Assembly (NCBI RefSeq): GCF_963921235.1
Contig: NC_086097.1
Coordinates: forward strand, 88,538,001 to 88,602,000
Source: Mobula hypostoma
Taxonomy: Eukaryota
Direction of reading: 5' to 3'
DNA: 64,000 bases
Of this stretch, positions 24,840-37,069 are shown in pieces; position 1 is the first letter of the stretch; every line of letters starts with the position of its first letter. Below the pieces are notes generated by a model. It saw only the letters and a list, made by a program, of their open reading frames with translations, was not told the DNA's origin and did not search any database. The position numbers were made by a program, and so were the translations under genes.

Positions 24840-25170
24840 ACCCCACTCTTCCCACCTCAAACATTCTCTCTTTTTGACCCTCCAGTTGGACAGAAGGTAC
24901 AAAAGTCTGAAAGCACAAACCGCCAGGCTCAAGGGCAGCTTCTGTCCATTGTTATAGTATTATTAAACAATACCCTGGTATGATAAGATGGACTTTTGAC
25001 CTCACTACCTACCTCGATATGGCCTTGCACTTTATTGTCCACCTAAACTCTGCTTTCTCTGTGACAATCCTATTATTGCCTTTCCTTTCTACGTACTGAC
25101 TTGAAATGATCTGTGTGGGTGGCATACAAAAAGTTTCACTGTATCTCAGTACATGTGACAGTAAGTAACT
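24840..25170 (+). mobile_element. Rex1/Babar 3' end
   Basis: cagaaggtacaaaagtctgaaagcacaaaccgccaggctcaagggcagcttc (RRYKSLKA.TARLKGSF); end ctcagtacatgtgacagtaa. Confidence 0.65.
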
Positions 25171-25315
25171 TTTACCATTTAAAATTATGCAATTTGAACT
25201 CATTTCTCTGGATCATTTCTCTTAATCACCTGGTAACCCTGTAATCCTGTAACCCTGTAATCCCTTTGGTTGAAAGTAAAGACATATGAAATGGAAAAGA
25301 AGAGAAATTAATTTG

Positions 25316-25618
25316 AAACAAGAAAATCTGCTGATGCTGGAAATCCAAGCAACATACACAAAATGCTGGAGGAACTCAGCAGGCCAGGCGGCATCTGTGG
25401 AAAAGATTATAGCTGACGTTTCAGGCCTAGACCCTTCAGCAGGACTGGAGAAAATAAAGATGTGGAGTAGAGTTAAAAGGTGGGGAGGGGGGAGGGAGAA
25501 ACACAGGGTGTAGGTGAAACTGGGAGGGGAAGGGGTGAAGTAAAGAGCTGGGAAGTTGACTGGTGAAAGAGATACAGGGCAAGAGAAGGGGGAGTCTGAT
25601 AGGAGAGGACAGAAGGCT
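25316..25618 (-). mobile_element. Penelope-like terminal fragment with mutated hammerhead core
   Basis: Minus strand ccagtc CTGCTGA agggtctaggcct GAAA cgtc at 25411-25448, followed by agatgccgcctggcctgctgagttcctccagc. Confidence 0.75.
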
Positions 25619-26849
25619 ACGGCTATCTCACTTGCTTCTGTCTCTCCCAGTAGTCCCAGGCAGCCTCGATGATGTTGAGATCAGGGCTGTGTGGAGACCA
25701 TACCATCTGAAACCATATAAACATCTAGGGTGCCTGAGACTTTTGCACAGTACTGCATATTTCATATTGTGTTATTCCCTCTCCTTCAGCGTCTCATTGA
25801 TGCATTAACTAGAAGAATTCCAATTCCCCTACAGGGAAAATGTTTCAAAGGCAAATCAAGTATGTGAGATTCAGACATTTTTACTACAAGGGCACAGTGT
25901 CAACACAGCAACCAGAGTTGGTGTGCACAGAGGGGCAATCAAATACTAAAGAGAAGTGGAAATGGAAAATGAAGTATACAGCATTGCCGATAGGAATCTA
26001 TGGAGTAGAAATTAATTTACGTCAGCACATTTTTATGGCTGCTGCTCCCTAATTATGTGGCATGTTGCTTGCAGTTTGTTATTGCCACATTAAAACTTGC
26101 CTTATGTAGCTTGTAAGATGAAACTAACCTTTTTTTTACAAGGAAATTAAGTAGTGGGATCATTAAATCACATTACGTCATGCTTAGCTGATGACAGCCC
26201 TGCCATGTCAGGCTGCAGATAAGTAGTTTTGACTCAGTCTGAGACACACACAGCAAGTCAGGAAGAACCCTGGCACTTGGCATCTCCTCCTGTTAAGTTG
26301 ATGCGTCAACCAGGAGGTAGAAAACAATAGATGTGTAGTGACTGATGGCAAGTTGTGAACCGGAGAGCTTGCCCCCAGGAGTCTTTTGGGCATAATATTA
26401 CCATCCTGACATCCGAAAAGGGACTGGTCACTGATGATTGCACATATCCACCTGCACTGTTCCATTTGTGTGTTGCCTCTGCGCTGGGTTTGAACTGGAG
26501 TTACAGTCAGAGAAATTGTGATCTTAATATGTGGTGGAGCAGGCTTGAGAGCCTGACTAGCCTGTTACTGTCCCTTGTTAATATGTTCATATGTTTGTAG
26601 CAGAAAATAATGAACAAGCTATGAATCCCCAGAGCAACAGGTCACCTGGCTTGATTTAACAAGCTCATTGCTAACTCAGTTCCTACTGTGTTCCATTGCC
26701 CTTGTGGTCTGGCTGGTGGAGATCATTCTGTCCCACAAAAACTGACTGACTGGAGGAGAAAGTACAGCATTCAATCTCTGTCCCTGTATTCTGTCAGAAA
26801 GTAAAGATCTAGTATGCCGATTTCAAGTCAGATGGAGTTGATCTGAAAC

Positions 26850-27205
26850 AGGTTTAATGTCACTGACATACAGTATATCATGAAATTTGTTTTGTGGCAG
26901 CAGTGCAGTGCATTTTATAGTAATTCTATAAATTACAACAATAAATATATGTAAAAATTAAATTTAATCAGTAGTGCAAAACGAGAGCAAAAATAGTGAG
27001 GTAGTGTTCATGGACTGATTCGTTGTCCATTCAGAAATCTGATGGCAGAGGGAAAAAGCTATTCATAAAACATTGAGTGTGTGTCTTTAAGGCTCTCGTT
27101 CTTCTTGTCTGGTCGTAATAAGAAAAGAGCGTGTCCTGGGTGATAACGTCCTTAATGATGGATCCTGTTTTTTTTTATTTTGAGGCATCACACCTTTTGA
27201 AGATC
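26850..27205 (-). mobile_element. Rex1/Babar 3' fragment
   Basis: ggtttaatgtcactgacata...tgaaatttgttttgtggcagcag; ccattcagaaatctgatggcagagggaaaaagc (reverse of SFFPSAIRFLNG). Confidence 0.65.
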
Positions 27206-27429
27206 TCAAGAGAAAGGCTTCCTTTTGTACAGCCCACTTTACAGTCAGTGAAATGCATTTGGTTGTAAAATGGGAAATGTGTCAGCCAATTATCACACAA
27301 GCCTCCAACAAACAACAGTATGATGATTATCAGATAATTTGTTTTTGTGATATTGGTAAATGTGGAGAGAGTGGACATACATTTCCACCAGTAGGAGAGA
27401 CTAGGATCTGGGAGCACATTCAAAAGGCA

Positions 27430-27430
<1 letters not shown>

Positions 27431-27478
<48 letters not shown>

Positions 27479-27878
27479 GCCCTCCCTCCCTCCCTCTCCC
27501 TCTCCCTCCCCCTCCCCATCTCTGTCTGTCTCTCTCTCCCCCCATCTCTGTCTGTCTGTCTCTCTCTCCCCATCTGTCTGCCTCTCTCTCTCCCCATCTC
27601 TCTCTCTCGCTCTCTCTCTCTCCCCCATCTCTGTCTGTCTGTCTCTCTCTCCCCCCATCTCTGTCTGTCTCTCTCTCTCTCTCCCCATCTCTGTCTCTTT
27701 TTCTCTCTCCCCATCTCTGTGTCTCTTTCTCACCATCTCTGTCTCTTTTTCTCTCTCTCCCCATCTCTGTGTCTCTCTCTCCCCATCTCTGTCTCTTTTT
27801 CTCTCCCCATCTCTGTGTCTCTCTCTCCCCATCTCTGTCTCTCTCTCTCCCCCCATCTCTGTCTGTCTGTCTCTCTCC

Positions 27879-27923
<45 letters not shown>

Positions 27924-28022
27924 CCCATCTCTGTCTCTCTCCCCCCATCTCTGTCTGTCTGTCTCTCTCTCCCCATCTCTGTCTATCTGTCTCTCTCACC
28001 CCCCATCTCTGTCTCTCTCTCT
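27431..28022. repeat. About 590-bp CT-rich micro/minisatellite
   Basis: (CT)n runs interleaved with repeated ccccatctctgtct units. Confidence 0.95.
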
Positions 28023-28204
28023 AGATTTGAACCTGTAACTTACCAGCTCTGAAGTGAAAGAATTACGCACTGAATCTTTTCACAGAGGATACCAATTGAT
28101 GGAACATTGTATGACGATGTGGTGGGGAAGAAAAGCCTCAGAACAGTGAAGAATTTAGCAACTGAGACCATGGATTGAGTAGGAAATGTGGCTTATCATT
28201 ATAC

Positions 28205-28720
28205 ATGGAGTCACAGAATCCCACAGCACAGAAATGGGCCCAGCTCATCTATGCCAGCCTTAAAGCCTAGCAACATTAATTATATTTGCCCACTTTAGGT
28301 CCATATCACTCTGCTCCTTTCCCAGCCAGGTACTTGTACAAATATCTTTTAAATGTTGTACTAGTGTCTGCCTCCACTCCTTCATCTGACAGCTCGTTCC
28401 AGATATTTATCTTGCTCTGTATGAGGCTTAGATCGGGGATGCAGCTGGTATCTTTACTAACAGTCAAAATGTTTAATATCAGAGGGCATGCATTGAAGGT
28501 GAGAGGAGATGTGCAGGGCAAGTATTTTATACAGAGTGGTTGGTACCTCGATTGCACAGCCAGGGGTGGTGGTGCAGGCAGATATGATAGAGGTGAACAG
28601 AAAACTCTTAGATAGGCACATGAATGTGCAGAGATATGGACCTTGTGTGGGCAGAAGGGATTATTTTGTTTGGGTAGTTAATCACTAATTTAATCATTGT
28701 GGACTAAAGGAGCTGTTCCT
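28205..28720. mobile_element. Two old CR1-type 3' ends in opposite orientation (28205-28420 minus, 28450-28720 plus)
   Basis: INIWNELSDEGVEADTSTTFKRYL on minus; FNIRGHALKVRG on plus. Confidence 0.55.
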
Positions 28721-29319
28721 GATAGGCAGTTTTGCATTTCATTGTATCAGTCTGTGTTTGGAACTTAAGTACATTAGAACCATTTATCACCACGTGCTGA
28801 ATTTCTACCTGACCCTGGTATCACAAAGGATGAGCTTGGACCCATTTTTTTTTGCTGTTTGCAGAACCCTTTGTTGAAAACTTCATATCAAGAGTATCAA
28901 TTTTCCACAATTTATAAATTTCCCCATTATAAAGCAGTAGATCAAAATGGCTTGTTCGTTCCAACAGAAACAGATTGTACACAAATATGTGGGGTCCATG
29001 GCAAGAATACTGTATGCAAACTTATCAGAGTAAGTTCCCTCATTCAACTTGAACAATTGTTTCTGTAGATAAGGTCTGTGGAACCAATAATGTGCATGTT
29101 AATTGTATGGCTACCATTACATGCTACGTCTACTATGCTACGTATCAACAGCGTAGCTTTAGCCAAAAAGAAAATCAAAGTCATCCACTGTGAAAACTAT
29201 TAGCATCTCTCTCTCTTCACAAGTATTATTTGTGCGTTATATTAATACTACCAGACAATATTTAGAATCAGCTTAAGATCTGATAGGAATGTAGTTGGAC
29301 CTGGTTTTCTACTGTTACT

Positions 29320-29860
29320 TGGACTGTTACTGGGCAAAAACAGATCCAGCCTAAGGGTGTTGGTCCCATTGCCACACAACATTCTATCAATTGTATTGTT
29401 TGAGAGAAACACGATGAAACGTGGGTCCATCAGGCAATAGAGTGCATGGAACAAATTAGAAGCAGAGAAGGACAAAGACACGATGGATCCTGTGGGATAG
29501 CCTCCTGCGTAGATCTTCCATATCACCTTGCAGAATACTTCTTCACCAGAATTTGCCAAGAGTTCACTTGGCTGGTAGTAAAAGGGTCCCTCCTTATTAG
29601 GTCCTTCGTGTACAGTCTGGGAGTCACACTCGTAATGCCTGCTGCGCTTGGGGCGTTTGCAATGAGGATGTGATGAATACTGACCTCTGTGCAGACTGTG
29701 TATTGACAAAGAAGGCCTGGAGAAGGATCCAAGGTGCCATGTCAGGGTGTATCCAGAAAAGCTGTGCAATGGAGAACCCTCTGATTTACAGGCCGTTTGT
29801 AGGGATGTATACCAAGACAAACATCAATAGAGCAGATTGGAGATAATGTCTGCTCCGTGC
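29320..29860 (+). mobile_element. Decayed Tx1/L1-clade ORF2 C-terminal (zf-RVT-like) fragment
   Basis: Across frames QNTSSPEF..WLVVKGSLLIRSFVYSLGV..C...C...DCVLTKKAWRRIQ resembles the cysteine-rich C-terminus of Tx1-type ORF2. Confidence 0.55.
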
Positions 29861-30830
29861 TGACAATCAAAAATTGGTGCTCTTCAAGGATGTGTGCTTA
29901 GCCCACTGCTCTACTTTCTCTACACCCACGATCGTGTGGCTTGGCACAGCTCAAGTATCATCTATAAATTTGCTGATGACAACTATTGTTGGCTAAATTT
30001 CAGATGGTGATGAGGATGTGTGCAGGAGTGAGATAGCTCCGCTGGTCTAGAGGTGTCACACAACCTTGCACTCAGTGTCAGTTAGACCAAGGAATTGATT
30101 GTGGTATTCAGGACGAGGAAGTCAAGGGAACACACATCAGTATCATTGAGGGACTAACAGTGGAAAAGGTGAGCAGTTTCAAGTTTCTGGGTGTCAACAA
30201 GATCTATCCTGATCCCAACATGTTGATACAATTACAAAGAAGACATGGCAACGGCTATATTTCATTAGGAGTTTGAGGAGATGGTACATCACTAAAGACG
30301 TTCGCAGATTTCTGTAGATGTACTGTAGAAAGCATTCTAACTGGTTGTATCACCGTCTGGTGTGGAAGAGTCTCTGCACAGGATCAGAAACAGCTGGAGA
30401 AAATTGCAAACTCAGCCAGATCCATCATGGGGACTAGCCTCCCCAGCATCAAGGATATCGTCAGAAGATGATGTCTCAAAAAGGCGGTTTCGATCATTAA
30501 AGGCCCCCCCCCCCCGCCATCACCCAGGACATGTCCTCTTCTCTTTGTTGCCATTAAGAAGGAGGTACAGGAACCTGAAGAGAGACACTCAATGTCTTAG
30601 AAAGAGCTTCTTTCCTTCCACCATCAGATTTCTGAATGGACAATGACACTACCTCATTATTTTTGTTTCCTTTTTTGCTCTCTTTTTGCACTACTTATTT
30701 CATTTTATATGTGCAGTATATACTTACTATAATTTATAGTTTATTTTTATTATGTCCTGCAATTTACTGCTGTTGCAAAACAACAAAATTCATGACACAT
30801 GCCAGTGAAATTAAACCTGATTTTGATTCC
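29860..30830 (+). mobile_element. Rex1/Babar LINE 3' part (RT end plus 3' UTR)
   Basis: GA.QGCVLSPLL.FLYTHD, YKFADD, HPGHVLFSLLPLRRRYRNLK..TQCLRKSFFPSTIRFLNG, tail attaaacctgattttgattc. Confidence 0.85.
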
Positions 30831-31170
30831 AGAGTCATATTCTACAATACAAAACAGGCCCTTTGGCTCAATCTGTCCGTACTCACCAAACCAGTCCTAT
30901 TTGCCTGGATTTTGCCATTATCCTACTAGCTCTCTCCTGTCTATGTATTTCTACAAATGTCGTTTGAATGTGTAATAGAGTCTGCCTCAAACACCTCCTC
31001 TGGCAGCTCATTCAATATACATAGTGCCCTCTGCATGAAGAAGTTGCCGCTCAAGTCCTTTTTAAATTTTTCACCTCTCAACTTAAACCTGTACTCTCCA
31101 ATAACTAGAATCTAGTTCTAAGTTCCTCTTTTCTGGAATTAAAGATGGCATGCATTCATCCTGTCTAAGT
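30830..31170 (-). mobile_element. CR1-type 3' fragment
   Basis: acacctcctctggcagctcattc...gaagaagttgcc...ctcaacttaaacct is the reverse complement of a CR1 3' end. Confidence 0.6.
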
Positions 31171-31402
31171 TCAGAGGACAATAGGTCAAAGTGGCTCTTT
31201 CATCTGTTTGAAACTTGTTGGCTGTTCAGTACAATAAATTGTCTGTGTGGGAATGCTGCTGACTGCTGCCATCAGGGAGGAGGTACAGAAGCCTGAGGCA
31301 ATGATTCAGGAACAGCTGCCATCAGAGTAGCAAATGGACATTGAACCCATGAACACTACCTCAGTACTTTTTTTGCATTGCTAACTTAATTTAACTATTT
31401 TA

Positions 31403-32966
31403 CAGGGGTGCTAGGAAGTTTGTGAACCCTGTAAAATTTCCTTTATTTCTGCATAACTGTGACCTAAAATGTGATCAGATCTTCACATAAATCCTAAAGC
31501 TAGATAAAGCAAACTCAATTAAATAAATAACACAGAAGTGTTATACTTGTTCATTTATTTATTGTGAAAAATGATCCAATATTTCGGTAACTGGTGTGGC
31601 CCCTTTCATCTACAATAACGTCAACCAAACATTTCTGATAACTGTTGATCAGTCCTGCACACTGACTTGGAGGAATTTTAGGCCATTCCTCCTCACAAAA
31701 CTGCTTCAGCTCTGGAATGTTGGTGGGCTTCCTTGCATGAACTGCTTGTCTCAGGAGCTTCCACAACATTTCTATAGGATTAAGGTCAGGACATTGACTG
31801 GGCCATTCCAAAACATGAATTTTCTTCTTTTTAAACTATTGTGTTGTTGATTTACTCTTGTCTTTTGGATCAATGTCTTGTTGCATTATTCAGCTTCTAT
31901 TAAACTTCAGGTAACAACTACACTGACATCCTCCTGTAAAATGTCTTGATACAATCTTGAATTCATTGTTCCCTTAGTGATTGCAAGCAGTCAGGCCTTG
32001 AGGCAGTAAAGCAGCCCCAAACCATGATGCTCCTTCCACCATGCTTCACAGTTGGGATGAAGTTTGGGTGTTGATGTGCAGTGCTCTTTTCCCCCCAAAC
32101 AATGCAATGTGCTTTTCTGCCAAAAACTTCAACTTTTCTTTCATCTGTCCACAGAACATTGTCCCAGAAGTGTTGTAGAACATCCAGGTGGTCTTTTGCA
32201 AACTTGAGACTTACAGCAATGTTTTTTTTGGAGAGAAGTGGTTTCCTACATGGTGTCCTTCCATGAACACCATTCTTGTTCAGTATTTTTCTTTTAATGG
32301 ACACATGAGCAGAGAATTTAGCAAGTTCTAGAGATTTCTGCAGGTTTTGTGCTGTTACCTTGGGTTCTTTTACACCTCCTTCAGCATTGCATGTTGTGCT
32401 CCTGGTGTGATCTTTGCAGGATGCCCATTCCTAGGGAGAGTAGCAAAAGGACTGAGTTTCTTCCATTTGTAGACAATTTCTCTTACTGTGGATGGATGAT
32501 CACTCTGATATTTAGAAATAGTTTTGTGGCCTTTTCTAGCTTCATGCATCTCTACAATTCTTCTTCTAAGATCCCCTGAAAGTTGTTTTGATCGAGGCAT
32601 GGTGCACATAAATAGATCTTTCTCGAGAAGGGCAGGCTGTGTCAGTAACCTGACTTTGCCCATCGTTTTTATAGGGCAGGGCACCTCCACAACCCACACC
32701 TCCAATCTCATCTCATTGATTGAAACACCTGACTCCAAATAGCTTTTGTAGAAAGCATTACCCCGGAGGTTCACATACTTTTTCCAACAAATACTTGTAA
32801 TATTGGATCATTTTTCTCAATAGATAAATGAATAAATATAACATTTTTGGTGTTATTTATTTAATCGGGTTCTCTTTATTTAGTTTTAGGACTTGCATGA
32901 AGATTTGATCACATTTTAGGTCATACTTATGTAGAAATGGAGGAATTTCTCCCTAGTTCACAGACT
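31403..32966 (-). mobile_element. Tc1-family DNA transposon with about 180-bp TIRs and disrupted DD34E transposase
   Basis: TA then caggggtgctaggaagtttgtgaacc; inverted match at about 32797-32966; transposase from ATG 32600 MPRSKQLSGDLRRRIV, GHPAKIT, VLWTDE, KHGGRSIMVWGCF, QQDID, WPSQCPDLNPIEMLW; frameshifted; right tip overwritten by a SINE fragment. Confidence 0.92.
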
Positions 32967-33332
32967 GTTCACAACATGTGAGAGGAAACCTAAGCACCCG
33001 GAGAAACCCACATAGCCACAGGGACAACGTACAGATCATGACAGACAGTGGTAGAATTTAATGTGGGTTGATGAGGCTGTAATTGTGCTACACTACCCTA
33101 CCACCCAAAGTTATTGTTTCCATATAAGTTAACCTCACATTGAGATCTAGTTTCCACATAGGCTGTCTGCCTCTTAGCTCAATCCTCACTGGCCACCTTG
33201 TCACAAAGCTGACCTTTGCACTTTATGCTCAGACAGTAGTGCAGAGTAAGATTCACCATATCATGGCCAGGAGCAGGAGCTTGAATCAGCTCTGAAAGGC
33301 TTCTTTAAAGCTCAGAGGAGGCTAAACACTGG

Positions 33333-33490
33333 AAGACACAAGATACTGCTATCTGGAAACAAAAAAAAACTACTAGAGGAACATAGTGAGTCAAGCAGCA
33401 TCTGTGGGAGGAAATGCACCCAAAATATCAACTGTTTATTTCCCTCTACAGATGCTGTCCAACCCACTGATTTTCCTCAGTAGTTTTTCA
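33333..33490. mobile_element. Short palindromic Penelope-derived element
   Basis: aactactagaggaacatagtgagtcaagcagcatctgtgggaggaaat inverted against atttccctctacagatgctgtccaacccactgattttcctcagtagtt. Confidence 0.55.
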
Positions 33491-34819
33491 AAATAGATTA
33501 GGGAACTCCTTGCTTGCTATGAGGTACTGTAATTTTCTCTTTAAGCATTTAAATTAAACAAGTTAACACATCCATTTGAATAGAAAAATTACTGTTATCA
33601 TGACAAAGTGCAGTTTCAAGGCCTAAACATAAGAAACAGAAGCAGAATTTGTCTATTCGTCCCACTGTGACAGCAGCACCATGCAATAAGATGGTGATGA
33701 ATTTTTCACCTCAACCTCACTTTCCTGTACTAATCTTACATCTCTTGATTCTCATATCATTCAAAGATCTTGGTCTTGAGTATCTCAGCAAATCAGTCTT
33801 CACTGGTGTAGAGAATTCCAACCACTCACCCTTTATTTTGAGTCTGTGACTCATGGTTCTGAAAATCCCAATCAAGAGAACCATCATACTTCTAACCACC
33901 CTGTCTGACCCCAGGAGAATTTTGATTTTTGTTAATGGTTCACCTCGATCTTCTAAGCACAAATGTAGAGATGTAGTGTACTTCATCTCTCTCCACAGGG
34001 GTCATTCCATCCCACAATACATGGGGAAGAAATGCTGTTGAAGGTCCTTCTGCCACTAGACATTGTGTGGATGGGTCTTGTGTAGCAAACACTTGAAATC
34101 TGTACCATCCCGGCAATAGTGCTAGGTACACAAAATGTGTTAACACTACCAATGTACAGAGCTGACAACACAGTGAGTGCAAAGAGAGCCACACATTGGT
34201 TCTTCTACTTGTGTATTTTTATGAGTAAGTTCAGTTTAGAAATTAATAAATGATGTGTTTGTTCTCATTTGTTCAGAACAAACTTTGCTAAAATAGCTGC
34301 CACTCTAGCAAACGAAAGGGTTATAGCTCTGCAGTGAAGGTTATCGGAACACTGTTTACTGATGACCGTAACCCTGTTTACAGTTGGGTCATTGTTTGAA
34401 AGAAGGATCTGTATTTACTGAAAGAAAATCTGACTGAACTGCCAAAATGAATCAATAATACAAATAGAACAGTTCTTACAAATGACATGCAGGATCATAG
34501 TTAGAAGTGGTTGCAATATAAAATTGCATTAGCATGATTCATCTCACCCACCAATCTGCAATGTATGCCTTAGACTTTACTCATTGTCGTCATACCCTCG
34601 CATTCACTAGATTATCTTATCATCTGACAAGAACTATTACTGCCCATATTTGTTGCTTTTCTCAGATTTCTTTGCAGTGTGACTGATTGAAAGGAGATTT
34701 TTTCCAGTTTTGTGAAATGGTTCAACAATTACTTTGTCTAAAGTACAATTATGATGCACTGAATAATTCTCTATCTCCTTTAGTCTTTCTTACATGGGAA
34801 ATCTGCTTTTGCAAAGACA

Positions 34820-35195
34820 ATTAAACACACCCTGCTCATGGACTGTTTGTCCCACTCCCATCAGGAAGGAGGCTGCGTAACACCCGTGCTAACTCAAAAA
34901 CAGTTACCTTCCCCAAGCAGTAAGGCTGATCAGCACATCCACCACTACTTTATTACTTGCCATCAGTCATCTTATGTGCAGCCTAGCATCTCTTTATGGA
35001 CATACAATCAATCTATGTTTATAAACTTTCTTATGTATTCATACATATTGTGTTTATTATTGTTAATATTATTATTATTGTTGTGTTCTTTATCTCTTGT
35101 GGTTATTTTGTGGGGCATTGGATCTGGAGTAACAATTAGTTTGTTCTCCTTACACTTGTGTACAGGAAATGACATTAAACAAACTTGAATCTTCA
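34820..35195 (+). mobile_element. Rex1/Babar 3' end
   Basis: HPAHGLFVPLPSGRRL remnant; tail gaaatgacattaaacaaacttgaatctt. Confidence 0.65.
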
Positions 35196-36231
35196 ATCGT
35201 CAACGAAACTAAAAGACTCCTCTCCACTAGCCACTTTTATAACCACTGTTACTAAAATAAACGTTGGGAAGGCATTAAATAAGGTAATTATGGAATTATA
35301 TTGGGAATTGTTTTTTTGAAATTTCACTCTCTGGGTTCAAGTAAGCTTGAAAGTACCCTTGGCAGGAAAGTGGGTACTACTGAAATAAGTATCTCATATC
35401 ATTTTGGTGTTATTGGGAATAATGCCACAACCTGGCAGATTTCAGATCATGACTGATTTCTCTGCTACAACTAAACTGAGGCCTTGATGTCTGAAGGTGG
35501 ATTTTACTGCAGAGGCAATCTAGAGGGTTGCCAGTTCAGCAGGTGATATAGTAATCATAGCCATCTGAGGGAGAGATCTAATAAGGGGAGCATCTAAGGA
35601 GGAAAGCTGAGAGAGAAAGGTATTGAGGGAAAGAGGGAGCAAAAGAGAAAGTTAGTGGAGAGGGAATTACAGGAAAGAGAGGAATTAAAGTTGGCAGAGG
35701 GAGGAGTTGAAAAAATGGTGTGGACTAGGGGATCTGTATTTATGTAGGTATATTGTGTTTGGTGTGTGTGTGTGTGATTGCATTTATATCTGTATGCGTG
35801 CTTGTGTGTGTATAGTATGTCAGTATATGTATATATGTTTCCCCTGGGTTCTTTGGTTTCTTCCTACATCCAGAGACACGCAGGTTGGTGGGTGAATTGG
35901 CCAGTGTAAGTTACCCCTCATGTAGGTGAGTGATAGAAACTGGAGGTAATTGATGAGAAAGAGCAGCAAATACAATGTTAAGTGTATGTTTGGCTTGGAT
36001 TTGATGGGCTTGTTTCCATACTGCGTGACGCTAAGATTCAACTGTCTCCCTCAATCTCCCTCCCAGCCAGCGTGAGAAACCAATGGTACCACAAAATGCT
36101 TGACTATACCAGACCATGTGCATTTTGATCGCAGTTGGTATTGATGCCAGAATGCTCTGCTTGTTAGGGCTTATGTTTATTAAATTAACAAAAAGGAGAA
36201 TCAACCAATAGTCTTTTTCTTTCTTCAACAG

Positions 36232-36331
36232 ATAGAAAACATTATCATGCGGATGCAGGATGAAAAAGCGGGTGGAGTGCCTATTCGAACAGTGAAGAGC
36301 TTTCTGTCAAAGATTCCCAGTGTCATCACAG
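36232..36331 (+). CDS. RGS6: Internal coding exon (100 bp, phase 0 to phase 1) of regulator of G-protein signaling 6, start of the DEP domain
   Basis: Polypyrimidine tract and acceptor (gtctttttctttcttcaacag, AG at 36230-36231). Frame reads [33 protein letters not shown]+G, matching recalled RGS6 [34 protein letters not shown] better than RGS7 ([33 protein letters not shown]). Donor ACAG|GCAAGT. Too short for the ORF track. Confidence 0.9.
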
Positions 36332-36434
36332 GCAAGTCTACTTGGCCAGATTTACATAAAGCTCATGCAGCCATTCCTACACTGCACATGCGCAGTTTGA
36401 TAATCAGATAGAGCAACATGTAAATGAGAATCAA

Positions 36435-36805
36435 TGACAAGATGCTGATGCTGGAAATCAGAAGTAAAAGCAGAAGATGGTGAAAACATTCAGCAGGAGA
36501 GACAGAGTCTCTGGAAAAGAAGCTCTGGAAAGAGAAACAAAGTTATCATTTCACATTGAAGGCTCTTCCTCAGAATTGGGAAAGAGAGGAAACAAGTCAG
36601 TGATAAGTTGAAAAGAACCTGAGGAGGACTGGACAAATGGAATGTCTCTGATATTCTTGCTGGGATGAAGCAAGGGGTTGCAACCTCCTCTGCAACTTGA
36701 AGTTAACTTGTTTTCTCTCTACCCCCAAAATATTGACTCTGTTACTGTCTCCACACATGCTACCTGACCTGCTAGGTGTTTCCAGTATTTTCTGCTTTTT
36801 GTTCA
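36435..36805. mobile_element. Old Penelope-derived element with inverted ends, about 100 bp downstream of the RGS6 exon
   Basis: aagcagaagatggtgaaaacattcagcagg...agagaggaaacaagt inverted against acttgttttctctct...cctgctaggtgtttccagtattttctgctt. Confidence 0.5.
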
Positions 36806-37069
36806 CTTATGAATCTCAGTACAATTTTTGCAAGGTTATGCCTGTGTGTTTAAGTTCAAACTTGGATTTGTACAAATACTGTTACATGTGCATCATAGAA
36901 CTATAAATCTACTTTATTTATACAGAAATTATATAGCCTTTGTCTTATAAACGTTCAAACAAGGTTGGCTGTCTATCTTTTGCACATTGCTTAACCAAAA
37001 CCCTTCTGTCTGTTGGAATGCAGTTTATCATTAACAAGTATTAGATTAAATCTGATGGCCTCTCAGATA

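Noticed and set aside
27253..28038. Long ORFs on both strands (261 aa SL-rich, 191 aa ER-rich and others)
   Set aside because: Translations of the CT microsatellite, which lacks stop codons; no coding evidence
29248..29820. 190-aa minus-strand ORF
   Set aside because: Antisense to a decayed Tx1-like fragment; no recognisable domain or splice support
36232..36331. Assignment to RGS7, RGS9 or RGS11
   Set aside because: Initial IE, the GGVPIRT spacing and the V.TG ending fit RGS6 better; still needs a BLAST and synteny check
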